From contig OZ361259.1 in assembly GCA_977018835.1 (NCBI GenBank), positions 682,001 to 746,000 on the forward strand: DNA of 64,000 nucleotides. Direction: 5' to 3'. Both the position numbers and the translations under genes were made by a program. The DNA is from Minutocellus sp. GHC0000111. Taxonomy: Eukaryota. Below the pieces are notes generated by a model, which saw nothing but the letters and a program-made list of their open reading frames with translations, was not told the DNA's origin and made no database searches. Positions 43,316 to 54,808 of the stretch are shown here, one piece after another. How positions within the stretch are numbered: the first letter of the stretch is position 1; every line of letters starts with the position of its first letter.

Positions 43316-44338
43316 ATGGCAACCATCTGTCACTCCCCTGAAGTGACACAGCAGAAGGCAGTGCCAGAGCAGACAGCCGGCATCCAACAGCCATCCCAGC
43401 AACTCTTGGTCTCTCAGTGCCATGAATGTGGTGTGGCACTAGTCATTCCAAAGAATTGTCCAGCTTCTGCCGGAAATCTCAAGCCATCTGATCTTGACGG
43501 TCAAACGATCATTCCTTCTTCTCATAAGAAATTTATTCCCGTTTTCGATAAGCCCAAGTACTGCCCCTTTGGTCTCGGTTATCGCCGCTGCCCAGCTGAA
43601 ATCTTCAACTACTTTTTTACTGGCAAACTGATGCAGAAGATTGGAGACTTCCTTGCACCTTCTCCTTACACCCCTGGATTTATTTTCACTACCTATAGCG
43701 TTCTTGCCTCCCTGGACACTCAAAATCCAAGTAATATTGCAGCCACGGTGGAGCAGGAATTCACTGAACTCCTTGATCCTCGGGGAGTTCTTCCATTCAG
43801 CCTCGATCCAGGCACAGGCCTTCCTGTCGTCAATCCCGCTTTTGACAAAGCTGTTCCGAAGGGCCTTACTCGTGGACCCAATAGCCTAATTGTTGTCCCC
43901 AGGAGCAAGCCCAAGTCCGGAGGTAGCAAGTCTTCTGGTGGCAGCAGCAGATCCAAGAGCACGTCCGGTGGCAGCAGCAGATCCAAGAGCACGTCCGGTG
44001 GCAGCAGCAGATCCAAGAGCACGTCCGGTGGCAGCAGCAGATCCAAGAGCACGTCCGGTGGCAGCAGCAGATCCAAGAGCAAGTCCAATTTTTTCACCCC
44101 CGTCCCTCCAACTCCGGCTCTGACAAAGGCTCCCTCGGCTACACCCTCCAAGACTTCCGATGTTCCGTCCACATCTCCGTCAGAATCTTTGAGTATTCCT
44201 TCCACGTTGCCATCCGATGCTCCTTCGGCGATTCCCTCCGAATTTCCTTCAGACAGTCCTTCGGAGATGCCCTCCGAATTTCCTTCAGACAGTCCTTCGG
44301 CGATTCCCTCCGAATTTCCTACTGCTACTCGTAGGTAG
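43316..44338 (+). CDS. Array ORF copy 21 (340 aa)
   Basis: Intact; 5 repeats. Confidence 0.55.
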   Translation: MATICHSPEVTQQKAVPEQTAGIQQPSQQLLVSQCHECGVALVIPKNCPASAGNLKPSDLDGQTIIPSSHKKFIPVFDKPKYCPFGLGYRRCPAEIFNYFFTGKLMQKIGDFLAPSPYTPGFIFTTYSVLASLDTQNPSNIAATVEQEFTELLDPRGVLPFSLDPGTGLPVVNPAFDKAVPKGLTRGPNSLIVVPRSKPKSGGSKSSGGSSRSKSTSGGSSRSKSTSGGSSRSKSTSGGSSRSKSTSGGSSRSKSKSNFFTPVPPTPALTKAPSATPSKTSDVPSTSPSESLSIPSTLPSDAPSAIPSEFPSDSPSEMPSEFPSDSPSAIPSEFPTATRR

Positions 44339-44665
44339 ACTAGCTAGTTTGTTCATAGTAATCTCTATTTCCAAGAAAAGTCACATCATCCAATTGACCT
44401 TAGGTCTACCAGTATTTTCCCCCCAAGATTGTGGTACTCTCTGGTGTTGAGGGTTCATAATTCAATCTTTGTGGCGCCACCATTTTTCTGGAAAGCAATT
44501 TTGGAGAGCTCTTGTGTGTGGGCATGGCTATGGTCGGTGTGGCCCCCATCCTCCCTCCATCTGGTTCCTTTGCCAGGCACCATTCTCATGCAAAGTGCAT
44601 GTTTTACAAAAGATTTATGCTGACCTGTCAAATCACCTGCACCGTCAGCACACAGTGTTCATCGC

Positions 44666-45658
44666 ATGGCAACCATCTGTCACTCCCCTGAAGTGACACA
44701 GCAGAAGGCAGTGCCAGAGCAGACAGCCGGCATCCAACAGCCATCCCAGCAACTCTTGGTCTCTCAGTGCCATGAATGTGGTGTGGCACTAGTCATTCCA
44801 AAGAATTGTCCAGCTTCTGCCGGAAATCTCAAGCCATCTGATCTTGACGGTCAAACGATCATTCCTTCTTCTCATAAGAAATTTATTCCCGTTTTCGATA
44901 AGCCCAAGTACTGCCCCTTTGGTCTCGGTTATCGCCGCTGCCCAGCTGAAATCTTCAACTACTTTTTTACTGGCAAACTGATGCAGAAGATTGGAGACTT
45001 CCTTGCACCTTCTCCTTACACCCCTGGATTTATTTTCACTACCTATAGCGTTCTTGCCTCCCTGGACACTCAAAATCCAAGTAATATTGCAGCCACGGTG
45101 GAGCAGGAATTCACTGAACTCCTTGATCCTCGGGGAGTTCTTCCATTCAGCCTCGATCCAGGCACAGGCCTTCCTGTCGTCAATCCCGCTTTTGACAAAG
45201 CTGTTCCGAAGGGCCTTACTCGTGGACCCAATAGCCTAATTGTTGTCCCCAGGAGCAAGCCCAAGTCCGGAGGTAGCAAGTCTTCTGGTGGCAGCAGCAG
45301 ATCCAAGAGCACGTCCGGTGGCAGCAGCAGATCCAAGAGCACGTCCGGTGGCAGCAGCAGATCCAAGAGCACGTCCGGTGGCAGCAGCAGATCCAAGAGC
45401 AAGTCCAATTTTTTCACCCCCGTCCCTCCAACTCCGGCTCTGACAAAGGCTCCCTCGGCTACACCCTCCAAGACTTCCGATGTTCCGTCCACATCTCCGT
45501 CAGAATCTTTGAGTATTCCTTCCACGTTGCCATCCGATGCTCCTTCGGCGATTCCCTCCGAATTTCCTTCAGACAGTCCTTCGGAGATGCCCTCCGAATT
45601 TCCTTCAGACAGTCCTTCGGCGATTCCCTCCGAATTTCCTACTGCTACTCGTAGGTAG
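44666..45658 (+). CDS. Array ORF copy 22 (330 aa)
   Basis: Intact; 4 repeats; downstream spacer T>C. Confidence 0.55.
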   Translation: MATICHSPEVTQQKAVPEQTAGIQQPSQQLLVSQCHECGVALVIPKNCPASAGNLKPSDLDGQTIIPSSHKKFIPVFDKPKYCPFGLGYRRCPAEIFNYFFTGKLMQKIGDFLAPSPYTPGFIFTTYSVLASLDTQNPSNIAATVEQEFTELLDPRGVLPFSLDPGTGLPVVNPAFDKAVPKGLTRGPNSLIVVPRSKPKSGGSKSSGGSSRSKSTSGGSSRSKSTSGGSSRSKSTSGGSSRSKSKSNFFTPVPPTPALTKAPSATPSKTSDVPSTSPSESLSIPSTLPSDAPSAIPSEFPSDSPSEMPSEFPSDSPSAIPSEFPTATRR

Positions 45659-45985
45659 ACTAGCTAGTTTGTTCATAGTAATCTCTATTTCCAAGAAAAG
45701 TCACATCATCCAATTGACCTTAGGTCTACCAGTATTTCCCCCCCAAGATTGTGGTACTCTCTGGTGTTGAGGGTTCATAATTCAATCTTTGTGGCGCCAC
45801 CATTTTTCTGGAAAGCAATTTTGGAGAGCTCTTGTGTGTGGGCATGGCTATGGTCGGTGTGGCCCCCATCCTCCCTCCATCTGGTTCCTTTGCCAGGCAC
45901 CATTCTCATGCAAAGTGCATGTTTTACAAAAGATTTATGCTGACCTGTCAAATCACCTGCACCGTCAGCACACAGTGTTCATCGC

Positions 45986-47008
45986 ATGGCAACCATCTGT
46001 CACTCCCCTGAAGTGACACAGCAGAAGGCAGTGCCAGAGCAGACAGCCGGCATCCAACAGCCATCCCAGCAACTCTTGGTCTCTCAGTGCCATGAATGTG
46101 GTGTGGCACTAGTCATTCCAAAGAATTGTCCAGCTTCTGCCGGAAATCTCAAGCCATCTGATCTTGACGGTCAAACGATCATTCCTTCTTCTCATAAGAA
46201 ATTTATTCCCGTTTTCGATAAGCCCAAGTACTGCCCCTTTGGTCTCGGTTATCGCCGCTGCCCAGCTGAAATCTTCAACTACTTTTTTACTGGCAAACTG
46301 ATGCAGAAGATTGGAGACTTCCTTGCACCTTCTCCTTACACCCCTGGATTTATTTTCACTACCTATAGCGTTCTTGCCTCCCTGGACACTCAAAATCCAA
46401 GTAATATTGCAGCCACGGTGGAGCAGGAATTCACTGAACTCCTTGATCCTCGGGGAGTTCTTCCATTCAGCCTCGATCCAGGCACAGGCCTTCCTGTCGT
46501 CAATCCTGCTTTTGACAAAGCTGTTCCGAAGGGCCTTACTCGTGGACCCAATAGCCTAATTGTTGTCCCCAGGAGCAAGCCCAAGTCCGGAGGTAGCAAG
46601 TCTTCTGGTGGCAGCAGCAGATCCAAGAGCACGTCCGGTGGCAGCAGCAGATCCAAGAGCACGTCCGGTGGCAGCAGCAGATCCAAGAGCACGTCCGGTG
46701 GCATCAGCAGATCCAAGAGCACGTCCGGTGGCAGCAGCAGATCCAAGAGCAAGTCCAATTTTTTCACCCCCGTCCCTCCAACTCCGGCTCTGACAAAGGC
46801 TCCCTCGGCTACACCCTCCAAGACTTCCGATGTTCCGTCCACATCTCCGTCAGAATCTTTGAGTATTCCTTCCACGTTGCCATCCGATGCTCCTTCGGCG
46901 ATTCCCTCCGAATTTCCTTCAGACAGTCCTTCGGAGATGCCCTCCGAATTTCCTTCAGACAGTCCTTCGGCGATTCCCTCCGAATTTCCTACTGCTACTC
47001 GTAGGTAG
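45986..47008 (+). CDS. Array ORF copy 23 (340 aa)
   Basis: Intact; 5 repeats; GGIS variant and CCC>CCT. Confidence 0.55.
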   Translation: MATICHSPEVTQQKAVPEQTAGIQQPSQQLLVSQCHECGVALVIPKNCPASAGNLKPSDLDGQTIIPSSHKKFIPVFDKPKYCPFGLGYRRCPAEIFNYFFTGKLMQKIGDFLAPSPYTPGFIFTTYSVLASLDTQNPSNIAATVEQEFTELLDPRGVLPFSLDPGTGLPVVNPAFDKAVPKGLTRGPNSLIVVPRSKPKSGGSKSSGGSSRSKSTSGGSSRSKSTSGGSSRSKSTSGGISRSKSTSGGSSRSKSKSNFFTPVPPTPALTKAPSATPSKTSDVPSTSPSESLSIPSTLPSDAPSAIPSEFPSDSPSEMPSEFPSDSPSAIPSEFPTATRR

Positions 47009-47335
47009 ACTAGCTAGTTTGTTCATAGTAATCTCTATTTCCAAGAAAAGTCACATCATCCAATTGACCTTAGGTCTACCAGTATTTTCCCCCCAAGATT
47101 GTGGTACTCTCTGGTGTTGAGGGTTCATAATTCAATCTTTGTGGCGCCACCATTTTTCTGGAAAGCAATTTTGGAGAGCTCTTGTGTGTGGGCATGGCTA
47201 TGGTCGGTGTGGCCCCCATCCTCCCTCCATCTGGTTCCTTTGCCAGGCACCATTCTCATGCAAAGTGCATGTTTTACAAAAGATTTATGCTGACCTGTCA
47301 AATCACCTGCACCGTCAGCACACAGTGTTCATCGC

Positions 47336-48358
47336 ATGGCAACCATCTGTCACTCCCCTGAAGTGACACAGCAGAAGGCAGTGCCAGAGCAGACAGCCGG
47401 CATCCAACAGCCATCCCAGCAACTCTTGGTCTCTCAGTGCCATGAATGTGGTGTGGCACTAGTCATTCCAAAGAATTGTCCAGCTTCTGCCGGAAATCTC
47501 AAGCCATCTGATCTTGACGGTCAAACGATCATTCCTTCTTCTCATAAGAAATTTATTCCCGTTTTCGATAAGCCCAAGTACTGCCCCTTTGGTCTCGGTT
47601 ATCGCCGCTGCCCAGCTGAAATCTTCAACTACTTTTTTACTGGCAAACTGATGCAGAAGATTGGAGACTTCCTTGCACCTTCTCCTTACACCCCTGGATT
47701 TATTTTCACTACCTATAGCGTTCTTGCCTCCCTGGACACTCAAAATCCAAGTAATATTGCAGCCACGGTGGAGCAGGAATTCACTGAACTCCTTGATCCT
47801 CGGGGAGTTCTTCCATTCAGCCTCGATCCAGGCACAGGCCTTCCTGTCGTCAATCCCGCTTTTGACAAAGCTGTTCCGAAGGGCCTTACTCGTGGACCCA
47901 ATAGCCTAATTGTTGTCCCCAGGAGCAAGCCCAAGTCCGGAGGTAGCAAGTCTTCTGGTGGCAGCAGCAGATCCAAGAGCACGTCCGGTGGCAGCAGCAG
48001 ATCCAAGAGCACGTCCGGTGGCAGCAGCAGATCCAAGAGCACGTCCGGTGGCAGCAGCAGATCCAAGAGCACGTCCGGTGGCAGCAGCAGATCCAAGAGC
48101 AAGTCCAATTTTTTCACCCCCGTCCCTCCAACTCCGGCTCTGACAAAGGCTCCCTCGGCTACACCCTCCAAGACTTCCGATGTTCCGTCCACATCTCCGT
48201 CAGAATCTTTGAGTATTCCTTCCACGTTGCCATCCGATGCTCCTTCGGCGATTCCCTCCGAATTTCCTTCAGACAGTCCTTCGGAGATGCCCTCCGAATT
48301 TCCTTCAGACAGTCCTTCGGCGATTCCCTCCGAATTTCCTACTGCTACTCGTAGGTAG
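47336..48358 (+). CDS. Array ORF copy 24 (340 aa)
   Basis: Intact; 5 repeats. Confidence 0.55.
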   Translation: MATICHSPEVTQQKAVPEQTAGIQQPSQQLLVSQCHECGVALVIPKNCPASAGNLKPSDLDGQTIIPSSHKKFIPVFDKPKYCPFGLGYRRCPAEIFNYFFTGKLMQKIGDFLAPSPYTPGFIFTTYSVLASLDTQNPSNIAATVEQEFTELLDPRGVLPFSLDPGTGLPVVNPAFDKAVPKGLTRGPNSLIVVPRSKPKSGGSKSSGGSSRSKSTSGGSSRSKSTSGGSSRSKSTSGGSSRSKSTSGGSSRSKSKSNFFTPVPPTPALTKAPSATPSKTSDVPSTSPSESLSIPSTLPSDAPSAIPSEFPSDSPSEMPSEFPSDSPSAIPSEFPTATRR

Positions 48359-48685
48359 ACTAGCTAGTTTGTTCATAGTAATCTCTATTTCCAAGAAAAG
48401 TCACATCATCCAATTGACCTTAGGTCTACCAGTATTTTCCCCCCAAGATTGTGGTACTCTCTGGTGTTGAGGGTTCATAATTCAATCTTTGTGGCGCCAC
48501 CATTTTTCTGGAAAGCAATTTTGGAGAGCTCTTGTGTGTGGGCATGGCTATGGTCGGTGTGGCCCCCATCCTCCCTCCATCTGGTTCCTTTGCCAGGCAC
48601 CATTCTCATGCAAAGTGCATGTTTTACAAAAGATTTATGCTGACCTGTCAAATCACCTGCACCGTCAGCACACAGTGTTCATCGC

Positions 48686-49678
48686 ATGGCAACCATCTGT
48701 CACTCCCCTGAAGTGACACAGCAGAAGGCAGTGCCAGAGCAGACAGCCGGCATCCAACAGCCATCCCAGCAACTCTTGGTCTCTCAGTGCCATGAATGTG
48801 GTGTGGCACTAGTCATTCCAAAGAATTGTCCAGCTTCTGCCGGAAATCTCAAGCCATCTGATCTTGACGGTCAAACGATCATTCCTTCTTCTCATAAGAA
48901 ATTTATTCCCGTTTTCGATAAGCCCAAGTACTGCCCCTTTGGTCTCGGTTATCGCCGCTGCCCAGCTGAAATCTTCAACTACTTTTTTACTGGCAAACTG
49001 ATGCAGAAGATTGGAGACTTCCTTGCACCTTCTCCTTACACCCCTGGATTTATTTTCACTACCTATAGCGTTCTTGCCTCCCTGGACACTCAAAATCCAA
49101 GTAATATTGCAGCCACGGTGGAGCAGGAATTCACTGAACTCCTTGATCCTCGGGGAGTTCTTCCATTCAGCCTCGATCCAGGCACAGGCCTTCCTGTCGT
49201 CAATCCCGCTTTTGACAAAGCTGTTCCGAAGGGCCTTACTCGTGGACCCAATAGCCTAATTGTTGTCCCCAGGAGCAAGCCCAAGTCCGGAGGTAGCAAG
49301 TCTTCTGGTGGCAGCAGCAGATCCAAGAGCACGTCCGGTGGCAGCAGCAGATCCAAGAGCACGTCCGGTGGCAGCAGCAGATCCAAGAGCACGTCCGGTG
49401 GCAGCAGCAGATCCAAGAGCAAGTCCAATTTTTTCACCCCCGTCCCTCCAACTCCGGCTCTGACAAAGGCTCCCTCGGCTACACCCTCCAAGACTTCCGA
49501 TGTTCCGTCCACATCTCCGTCAGAATCTTTGAGTATTCCTTCCACGTTGCCATCCGATGCTCCTTCGGCGATTCCCTCCGAATTTCCTTCAGACAGTCCT
49601 TCGGAGATGCCCTCCGAATTTCCTTCAGACAGTCCTTCGGCGATTCCCTCCGAATTTCCTACTGCTACTCGTAGGTAG
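48686..49678 (+). CDS. Array ORF copy 25 (330 aa)
   Basis: Intact; 4 repeats; downstream spacer T>C. Confidence 0.55.
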   Translation: MATICHSPEVTQQKAVPEQTAGIQQPSQQLLVSQCHECGVALVIPKNCPASAGNLKPSDLDGQTIIPSSHKKFIPVFDKPKYCPFGLGYRRCPAEIFNYFFTGKLMQKIGDFLAPSPYTPGFIFTTYSVLASLDTQNPSNIAATVEQEFTELLDPRGVLPFSLDPGTGLPVVNPAFDKAVPKGLTRGPNSLIVVPRSKPKSGGSKSSGGSSRSKSTSGGSSRSKSTSGGSSRSKSTSGGSSRSKSKSNFFTPVPPTPALTKAPSATPSKTSDVPSTSPSESLSIPSTLPSDAPSAIPSEFPSDSPSEMPSEFPSDSPSAIPSEFPTATRR

Positions 49679-50005
49679 ACTAGCTAGTTTGTTCATAGTA
49701 ATCTCTATTTCCAAGAAAAGTCACATCATCCAATTGACCTTAGGTCTACCAGTATTTCCCCCCCAAGATTGTGGTACTCTCTGGTGTTGAGGGTTCATAA
49801 TTCAATCTTTGTGGCGCCACCATTTTTCTGGAAAGCAATTTTGGAGAGCTCTTGTGTGTGGGCATGGCTATGGTCGGTGTGGCCCCCATCCTCCCTCCAT
49901 CTGGTTCCTTTGCCAGGCACCATTCTCATGCAAAGTGCATGTTTTACAAAAGATTTATGCTGACCTGTCAAATCACCTGCACCGTCAGCACACAGTGTTC
50001 ATCGC

Positions 50006-51028
50006 ATGGCAACCATCTGTCACTCCCCTGAAGTGACACAGCAGAAGGCAGTGCCAGAGCAGACAGCCGGCATCCAACAGCCATCCCAGCAACTCTTGGT
50101 CTCTCAGTGCCATGAATGTGGTGTGGCACTAGTCATTCCAAAGAATTGTCCAGCTTCTGCCGGAAATCTCAAGCCATCTGATCTTGACGGTCAAACGATC
50201 ATTCCTTCTTCTCATAAGAAATTTATTCCCGTTTTCGATAAGCCCAAGTACTGCCCCTTTGGTCTCGGTTATCGCCGCTGCCCAGCTGAAATCTTCAACT
50301 ACTTTTTTACTGGCAAACTGATGCAGAAGATTGGAGACTTCCTTGCACCTTCTCCTTACACCCCTGGATTTATTTTCACTACCTATAGCGTTCTTGCCTC
50401 CCTGGACACTCAAAATCCAAGTAATATTGCAGCCACGGTGGAGCAGGAATTCACTGAACTCCTTGATCCTCGGGGAGTTCTTCCATTCAGCCTCGATCCA
50501 GGCACAGGCCTTCCTGTCGTCAATCCTGCTTTTGACAAAGCTGTTCCGAAGGGCCTTACTCGTGGACCCAATAGCCTAATTGTTGTCCCCAGGAGCAAGC
50601 CCAAGTCCGGAGGTAGCAAGTCTTCTGGTGGCAGCAGCAGATCCAAGAGCACGTCCGGTGGCAGCAGCAGATCCAAGAGCACGTCCGGTGGCAGCAGCAG
50701 ATCCAAGAGCACGTCCGGTGGCATCAGCAGATCCAAGAGCACGTCCGGTGGCAGCAGCAGATCCAAGAGCAAGTCCAATTTTTTCACCCCCGTCCCTCCA
50801 ACTCCGGCTCTGACAAAGGCTCCCTCGGCTACACCCTCCAAGACTTCCGATGTTCCGTCCACATCTCCGTCAGAATCTTTGAGTATTCCTTCCACGTTGC
50901 CATCCGATGCTCCTTCGGCGATTCCCTCCGAATTTCCTTCAGACAGTCCTTCGGAGATGCCCTCCGAATTTCCTTCAGACAGTCCTTCGGCGATTCCCTC
51001 CGAATTTCCTACTGCTACTCGTAGGTAG
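50006..51028 (+). CDS. Array ORF copy 26 (340 aa)
   Basis: Intact; 5 repeats; GGIS variant and CCC>CCT. Confidence 0.55.
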   Translation: MATICHSPEVTQQKAVPEQTAGIQQPSQQLLVSQCHECGVALVIPKNCPASAGNLKPSDLDGQTIIPSSHKKFIPVFDKPKYCPFGLGYRRCPAEIFNYFFTGKLMQKIGDFLAPSPYTPGFIFTTYSVLASLDTQNPSNIAATVEQEFTELLDPRGVLPFSLDPGTGLPVVNPAFDKAVPKGLTRGPNSLIVVPRSKPKSGGSKSSGGSSRSKSTSGGSSRSKSTSGGSSRSKSTSGGISRSKSTSGGSSRSKSKSNFFTPVPPTPALTKAPSATPSKTSDVPSTSPSESLSIPSTLPSDAPSAIPSEFPSDSPSEMPSEFPSDSPSAIPSEFPTATRR

Positions 51029-51355
51029 ACTAGCTAGTTTGTTCATAGTAATCTCTATTTCCAAGAAAAGTCACATCATCCAATTGACCTTAGGTCTACC
51101 AGTATTTTCCCCCCAAGATTGTGGTACTCTCTGGTGTTGAGGGTTCATAATTCAATCTTTGTGGCGCCACCATTTTTCTGGAAAGCAATTTTGGAGAGCT
51201 CTTGTGTGTGGGCATGGCTATGGTCGGTGTGGCCCCCATCCTCCCTCCATCTGGTTCCTTTGCCAGGCACCATTCTCATGCAAAGTGCATGTTTTACAAA
51301 AGATTTATGCTGACCTGTCAAATCACCTGCACCGTCAGCACACAGTGTTCATCGC

Positions 51356-52288
51356 ATGGCAACCATCTGTCACTCCCCTGAAGTGACACAGCAGAAGGCA
51401 GTGCCAGAGCAGACAGCCGGCATCCAACAGCCATCCCAGCAACTCTTGGTCTCTCAGTGCCATGAATGTGGTGTGGCACTAGTCATTCCAAAGAATTGTC
51501 CAGCTTCTGCCGGAAATCTCAAGCCATCTGATCTTGACGGTCAAACGATCATTCCTTCTTCTCATAAGAAATTTATTCCCGTTTTCGATAAGCCCAAGTA
51601 CTGCCCCTTTGGTCTCGGTTATCGCCGCTGCCCAGCTGAAATCTTCAACTACTTTTTTACTGGCAAACTGATGCAGAAGATTGGAGACTTCCTTGCACCT
51701 TCTCCTTACACCCCTGGATTTATTTTCACTACCTATAGCGTTCTTGCCTCCCTGGACACTCAAAATCCAAGTAATATTGCAGCCACGGTGGAGCAGGAAT
51801 TCACTGAACTCCTTGATCCTCGGGGAGTTCTTCCATTCAGCCTCGATCCAGGCACAGGCCTTCCTGTCGTCAATCCCGCTTTTGACAAAGCTGTTCCGAA
51901 GGGCCTTACTCGTGGACCCAATAGCCTAATTGTTGTCCCCAGGAGCAAGCCCAAGTCCGGAGGTAGCAAGTCTTCTGGTGGCAGCAGCAGATCCAAGAGC
52001 ACGTCCGGTGGCAGCAGCAGATCCAAGAGCAAGTCCAATTTTTTCACCCCCGTCCCTCCAACTCCGGCTCTGACAAAGGCTCCCTCGGCTACACCCTCCA
52101 AGACTTCCGATGTTCCGTCCACATCTCCGTCAGAATCTTTGAGTATTCCTTCCACGTTGCCATCCGATGCTCCTTCGGCGATTCCCTCCGAATTTCCTTC
52201 AGACAGTCCTTCGGAGATGCCCTCCGAATTTCCTTCAGACAGTCCTTCGGCGATTCCCTCCGAATTTCCTACTGCTACTCGTAGGTAG
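51356..52288 (+). CDS. Array ORF copy 27 (310 aa)
   Basis: Intact; 2 repeats. Confidence 0.55.
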   Translation: MATICHSPEVTQQKAVPEQTAGIQQPSQQLLVSQCHECGVALVIPKNCPASAGNLKPSDLDGQTIIPSSHKKFIPVFDKPKYCPFGLGYRRCPAEIFNYFFTGKLMQKIGDFLAPSPYTPGFIFTTYSVLASLDTQNPSNIAATVEQEFTELLDPRGVLPFSLDPGTGLPVVNPAFDKAVPKGLTRGPNSLIVVPRSKPKSGGSKSSGGSSRSKSTSGGSSRSKSKSNFFTPVPPTPALTKAPSATPSKTSDVPSTSPSESLSIPSTLPSDAPSAIPSEFPSDSPSEMPSEFPSDSPSAIPSEFPTATRR

Positions 52289-52615
52289 ACTAGCTAGTTT
52301 GTTCATAGTAATCTCTATTTCCAAGAAAAGTCACATCATCCAATTGACCTTAGGTCTACCAGTATTTTCCCCCCAAGATTGTGGTACTCTCTGGTGTTGA
52401 GGGTTCATAATTCAATCTTTGTGGCGCCACCATTTTTCTGGAAAGCAATTTTGGAGAGCTCTTGTGTGTGGGCATGGCTATGGTCGGTGTGGCCCCCATC
52501 CTCCCTCCATCTGGTTCCTTTGCCAGGCACCATTCTCATGCAAAGTGCATGTTTTACAAAAGATTTATGCTGACCTGTCAAATCACCTGCACCGTCAGCA
52601 CACAGTGTTCATCGC

Positions 52616-53548
52616 ATGGCAACCATCTGTCACTCCCCTGAAGTGACACAGCAGAAGGCAGTGCCAGAGCAGACAGCCGGCATCCAACAGCCATCCCAGC
52701 AACTCTTGGTCTCTCAGTGCCATGAATGTGGTGTGGCACTAGTCATTCCAAAGAATTGTCCAGCTTCTGCCGGAAATCTCAAGCCATCTGATCTTGACGG
52801 TCAAACGATCATTCCTTCTTCTCATAAGAAATTTATTCCCGTTTTCGATAAGCCCAAGTACTGCCCCTTTGGTCTCGGTTATCGCCGCTGCCCAGCTGAA
52901 ATCTTCAACTACTTTTTTACTGGCAAACTGATGCAGAAGATTGGAGACTTCCTTGCACCTTCTCCTTACACCCCTGGATTTATTTTCACTACCTATAGCG
53001 TTCTTGCCTCCCTGGACACTCAAAATCCAAGTAATATTGCAGCCACGGTGGAGCAGGAATTCACTGAACTCCTTGATCCTCGGGGAGTTCTTCCATTCAG
53101 CCTCGATCCAGGCACAGGCCTTCCTGTCGTCAATCCCGCTTTTGACAAAGCTGTTCCGAAGGGCCTTACTCGTGGACCCAATAGCCTAATTGTTGTCCCC
53201 AGGAGCAAGCCCAAGTCCGGAGGTAGCAAGTCTTCTGGTGGCAGCAGCAGATCCAAGAGCACGTCCGGTGGCAGCAGCAGATCCAAGAGCAAGTCCAATT
53301 TTTTCACCCCCGTCCCTCCAACTCCGGCTCTGACAAAGGCTCCCTCGGCTACACCCTCCAAGACTTCCGATGTTCCGTCCACATCTCCGTCAGAATCTTT
53401 GAGTATTCCTTCCACGTTGCCATCCGATGCTCCTTCGGCGATTCCCTCCGAATTTCCTTCAGACAGTCCTTCGGAGATGCCCTCCGAATTTCCTTCAGAC
53501 AGTCCTTCGGCGATTCCCTCCGAATTTCCTACTGCTACTCGTAGGTAG
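52616..53548 (+). CDS. Array ORF copy 28 (310 aa)
   Basis: Intact; 2 repeats. Confidence 0.55.
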   Translation: MATICHSPEVTQQKAVPEQTAGIQQPSQQLLVSQCHECGVALVIPKNCPASAGNLKPSDLDGQTIIPSSHKKFIPVFDKPKYCPFGLGYRRCPAEIFNYFFTGKLMQKIGDFLAPSPYTPGFIFTTYSVLASLDTQNPSNIAATVEQEFTELLDPRGVLPFSLDPGTGLPVVNPAFDKAVPKGLTRGPNSLIVVPRSKPKSGGSKSSGGSSRSKSTSGGSSRSKSKSNFFTPVPPTPALTKAPSATPSKTSDVPSTSPSESLSIPSTLPSDAPSAIPSEFPSDSPSEMPSEFPSDSPSAIPSEFPTATRR

Positions 53549-53875
53549 ACTAGCTAGTTTGTTCATAGTAATCTCTATTTCCAAGAAAAGTCACATCATC
53601 CAATTGACCTTAGGTCTACCAGTATTTTCCCCCCAAGATTGTGGTACTCTCTGGTGTTGAGGGTTCATAATTCAATCTTTGTGGCGCCACCATTTTTCTG
53701 GAAAGCAATTTTGGAGAGCTCTTGTGTGTGGGCATGGCTATGGTCGGTGTGGCCCCCATCCTCCCTCCATCTGGTTCCTTTGCCAGGCACCATTCTCATG
53801 CAAAGTGCATGTTTTACAAAAGATTTATGCTGACCTGTCAAATCACCTGCACCGTCAGCACACAGTGTTCATCGC

Positions 53876-54808
53876 ATGGCAACCATCTGTCACTCCCCTG
53901 AAGTGACACAGCAGAAGGCAGTGCCAGAGCAGACAGCCGGCATCCAACAGCCATCCCAGCAACTCTTGGTCTCTCAGTGCCATGAATGTGGTGTGGCACT
54001 AGTCATTCCAAAGAATTGTCCAGCTTCTGCCGGAAATCTCAAGCCATCTGATCTTGACGGTCAAACGATCATTCCTTCTTCTCATAAGAAATTTATTCCC
54101 GTTTTCGATAAGCCCAAGTACTGCCCCTTTGGTCTCGGTTATCGCCGCTGCCCAGCTGAAATCTTCAACTACTTTTTTACTGGCAAACTGATGCAGAAGA
54201 TTGGAGACTTCCTTGCACCTTCTCCTTACACCCCTGGATTTATTTTCACTACCTATAGCGTTCTTGCCTCCCTGGACACTCAAAATCCAAGTAATATTGC
54301 AGCCACGGTGGAGCAGGAATTCACTGAACTCCTTGATCCTCGGGGAGTTCTTCCATTCAGCCTCGATCCAGGCACAGGCCTTCCTGTCGTCAATCCCGCT
54401 TTTGACAAAGCTGTTCCGAAGGGCCTTACTCGTGGACCCAATAGCCTAATTGTTGTCCCCAGGAGCAAGCCCAAGTCCGGAGGTAGCAAGTCTTCTGGTG
54501 GCAGCAGCAGATCCAAGAGCACGTCCGGTGGCAGCAGCAGATCCAAGAGCAAGTCCAATTTTTTCACCCCCGTCCCTCCAACTCCGGCTCTGACAAAGGC
54601 TCCCTCGGCTACACCCTCCAAGACTTCCGATGTTCCGTCCACATCTCCGTCAGAATCTTTGAGTATTCCTTCCACGTTGCCATCCGATGCTCCTTCGGCG
54701 ATTCCCTCCGAATTTCCTTCAGACAGTCCTTCGGAGATGCCCTCCGAATTTCCTTCAGACAGTCCTTCGGCGATTCCCTCCGAATTTCCTACTGCTACTC
54801 GTAGGTAG
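53876..54808 (+). CDS. Array ORF copy 29 (310 aa)
   Basis: Intact; 2 repeats. Confidence 0.55.
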   Translation: MATICHSPEVTQQKAVPEQTAGIQQPSQQLLVSQCHECGVALVIPKNCPASAGNLKPSDLDGQTIIPSSHKKFIPVFDKPKYCPFGLGYRRCPAEIFNYFFTGKLMQKIGDFLAPSPYTPGFIFTTYSVLASLDTQNPSNIAATVEQEFTELLDPRGVLPFSLDPGTGLPVVNPAFDKAVPKGLTRGPNSLIVVPRSKPKSGGSKSSGGSSRSKSTSGGSSRSKSKSNFFTPVPPTPALTKAPSATPSKTSDVPSTSPSESLSIPSTLPSDAPSAIPSEFPSDSPSEMPSEFPSDSPSAIPSEFPTATRR

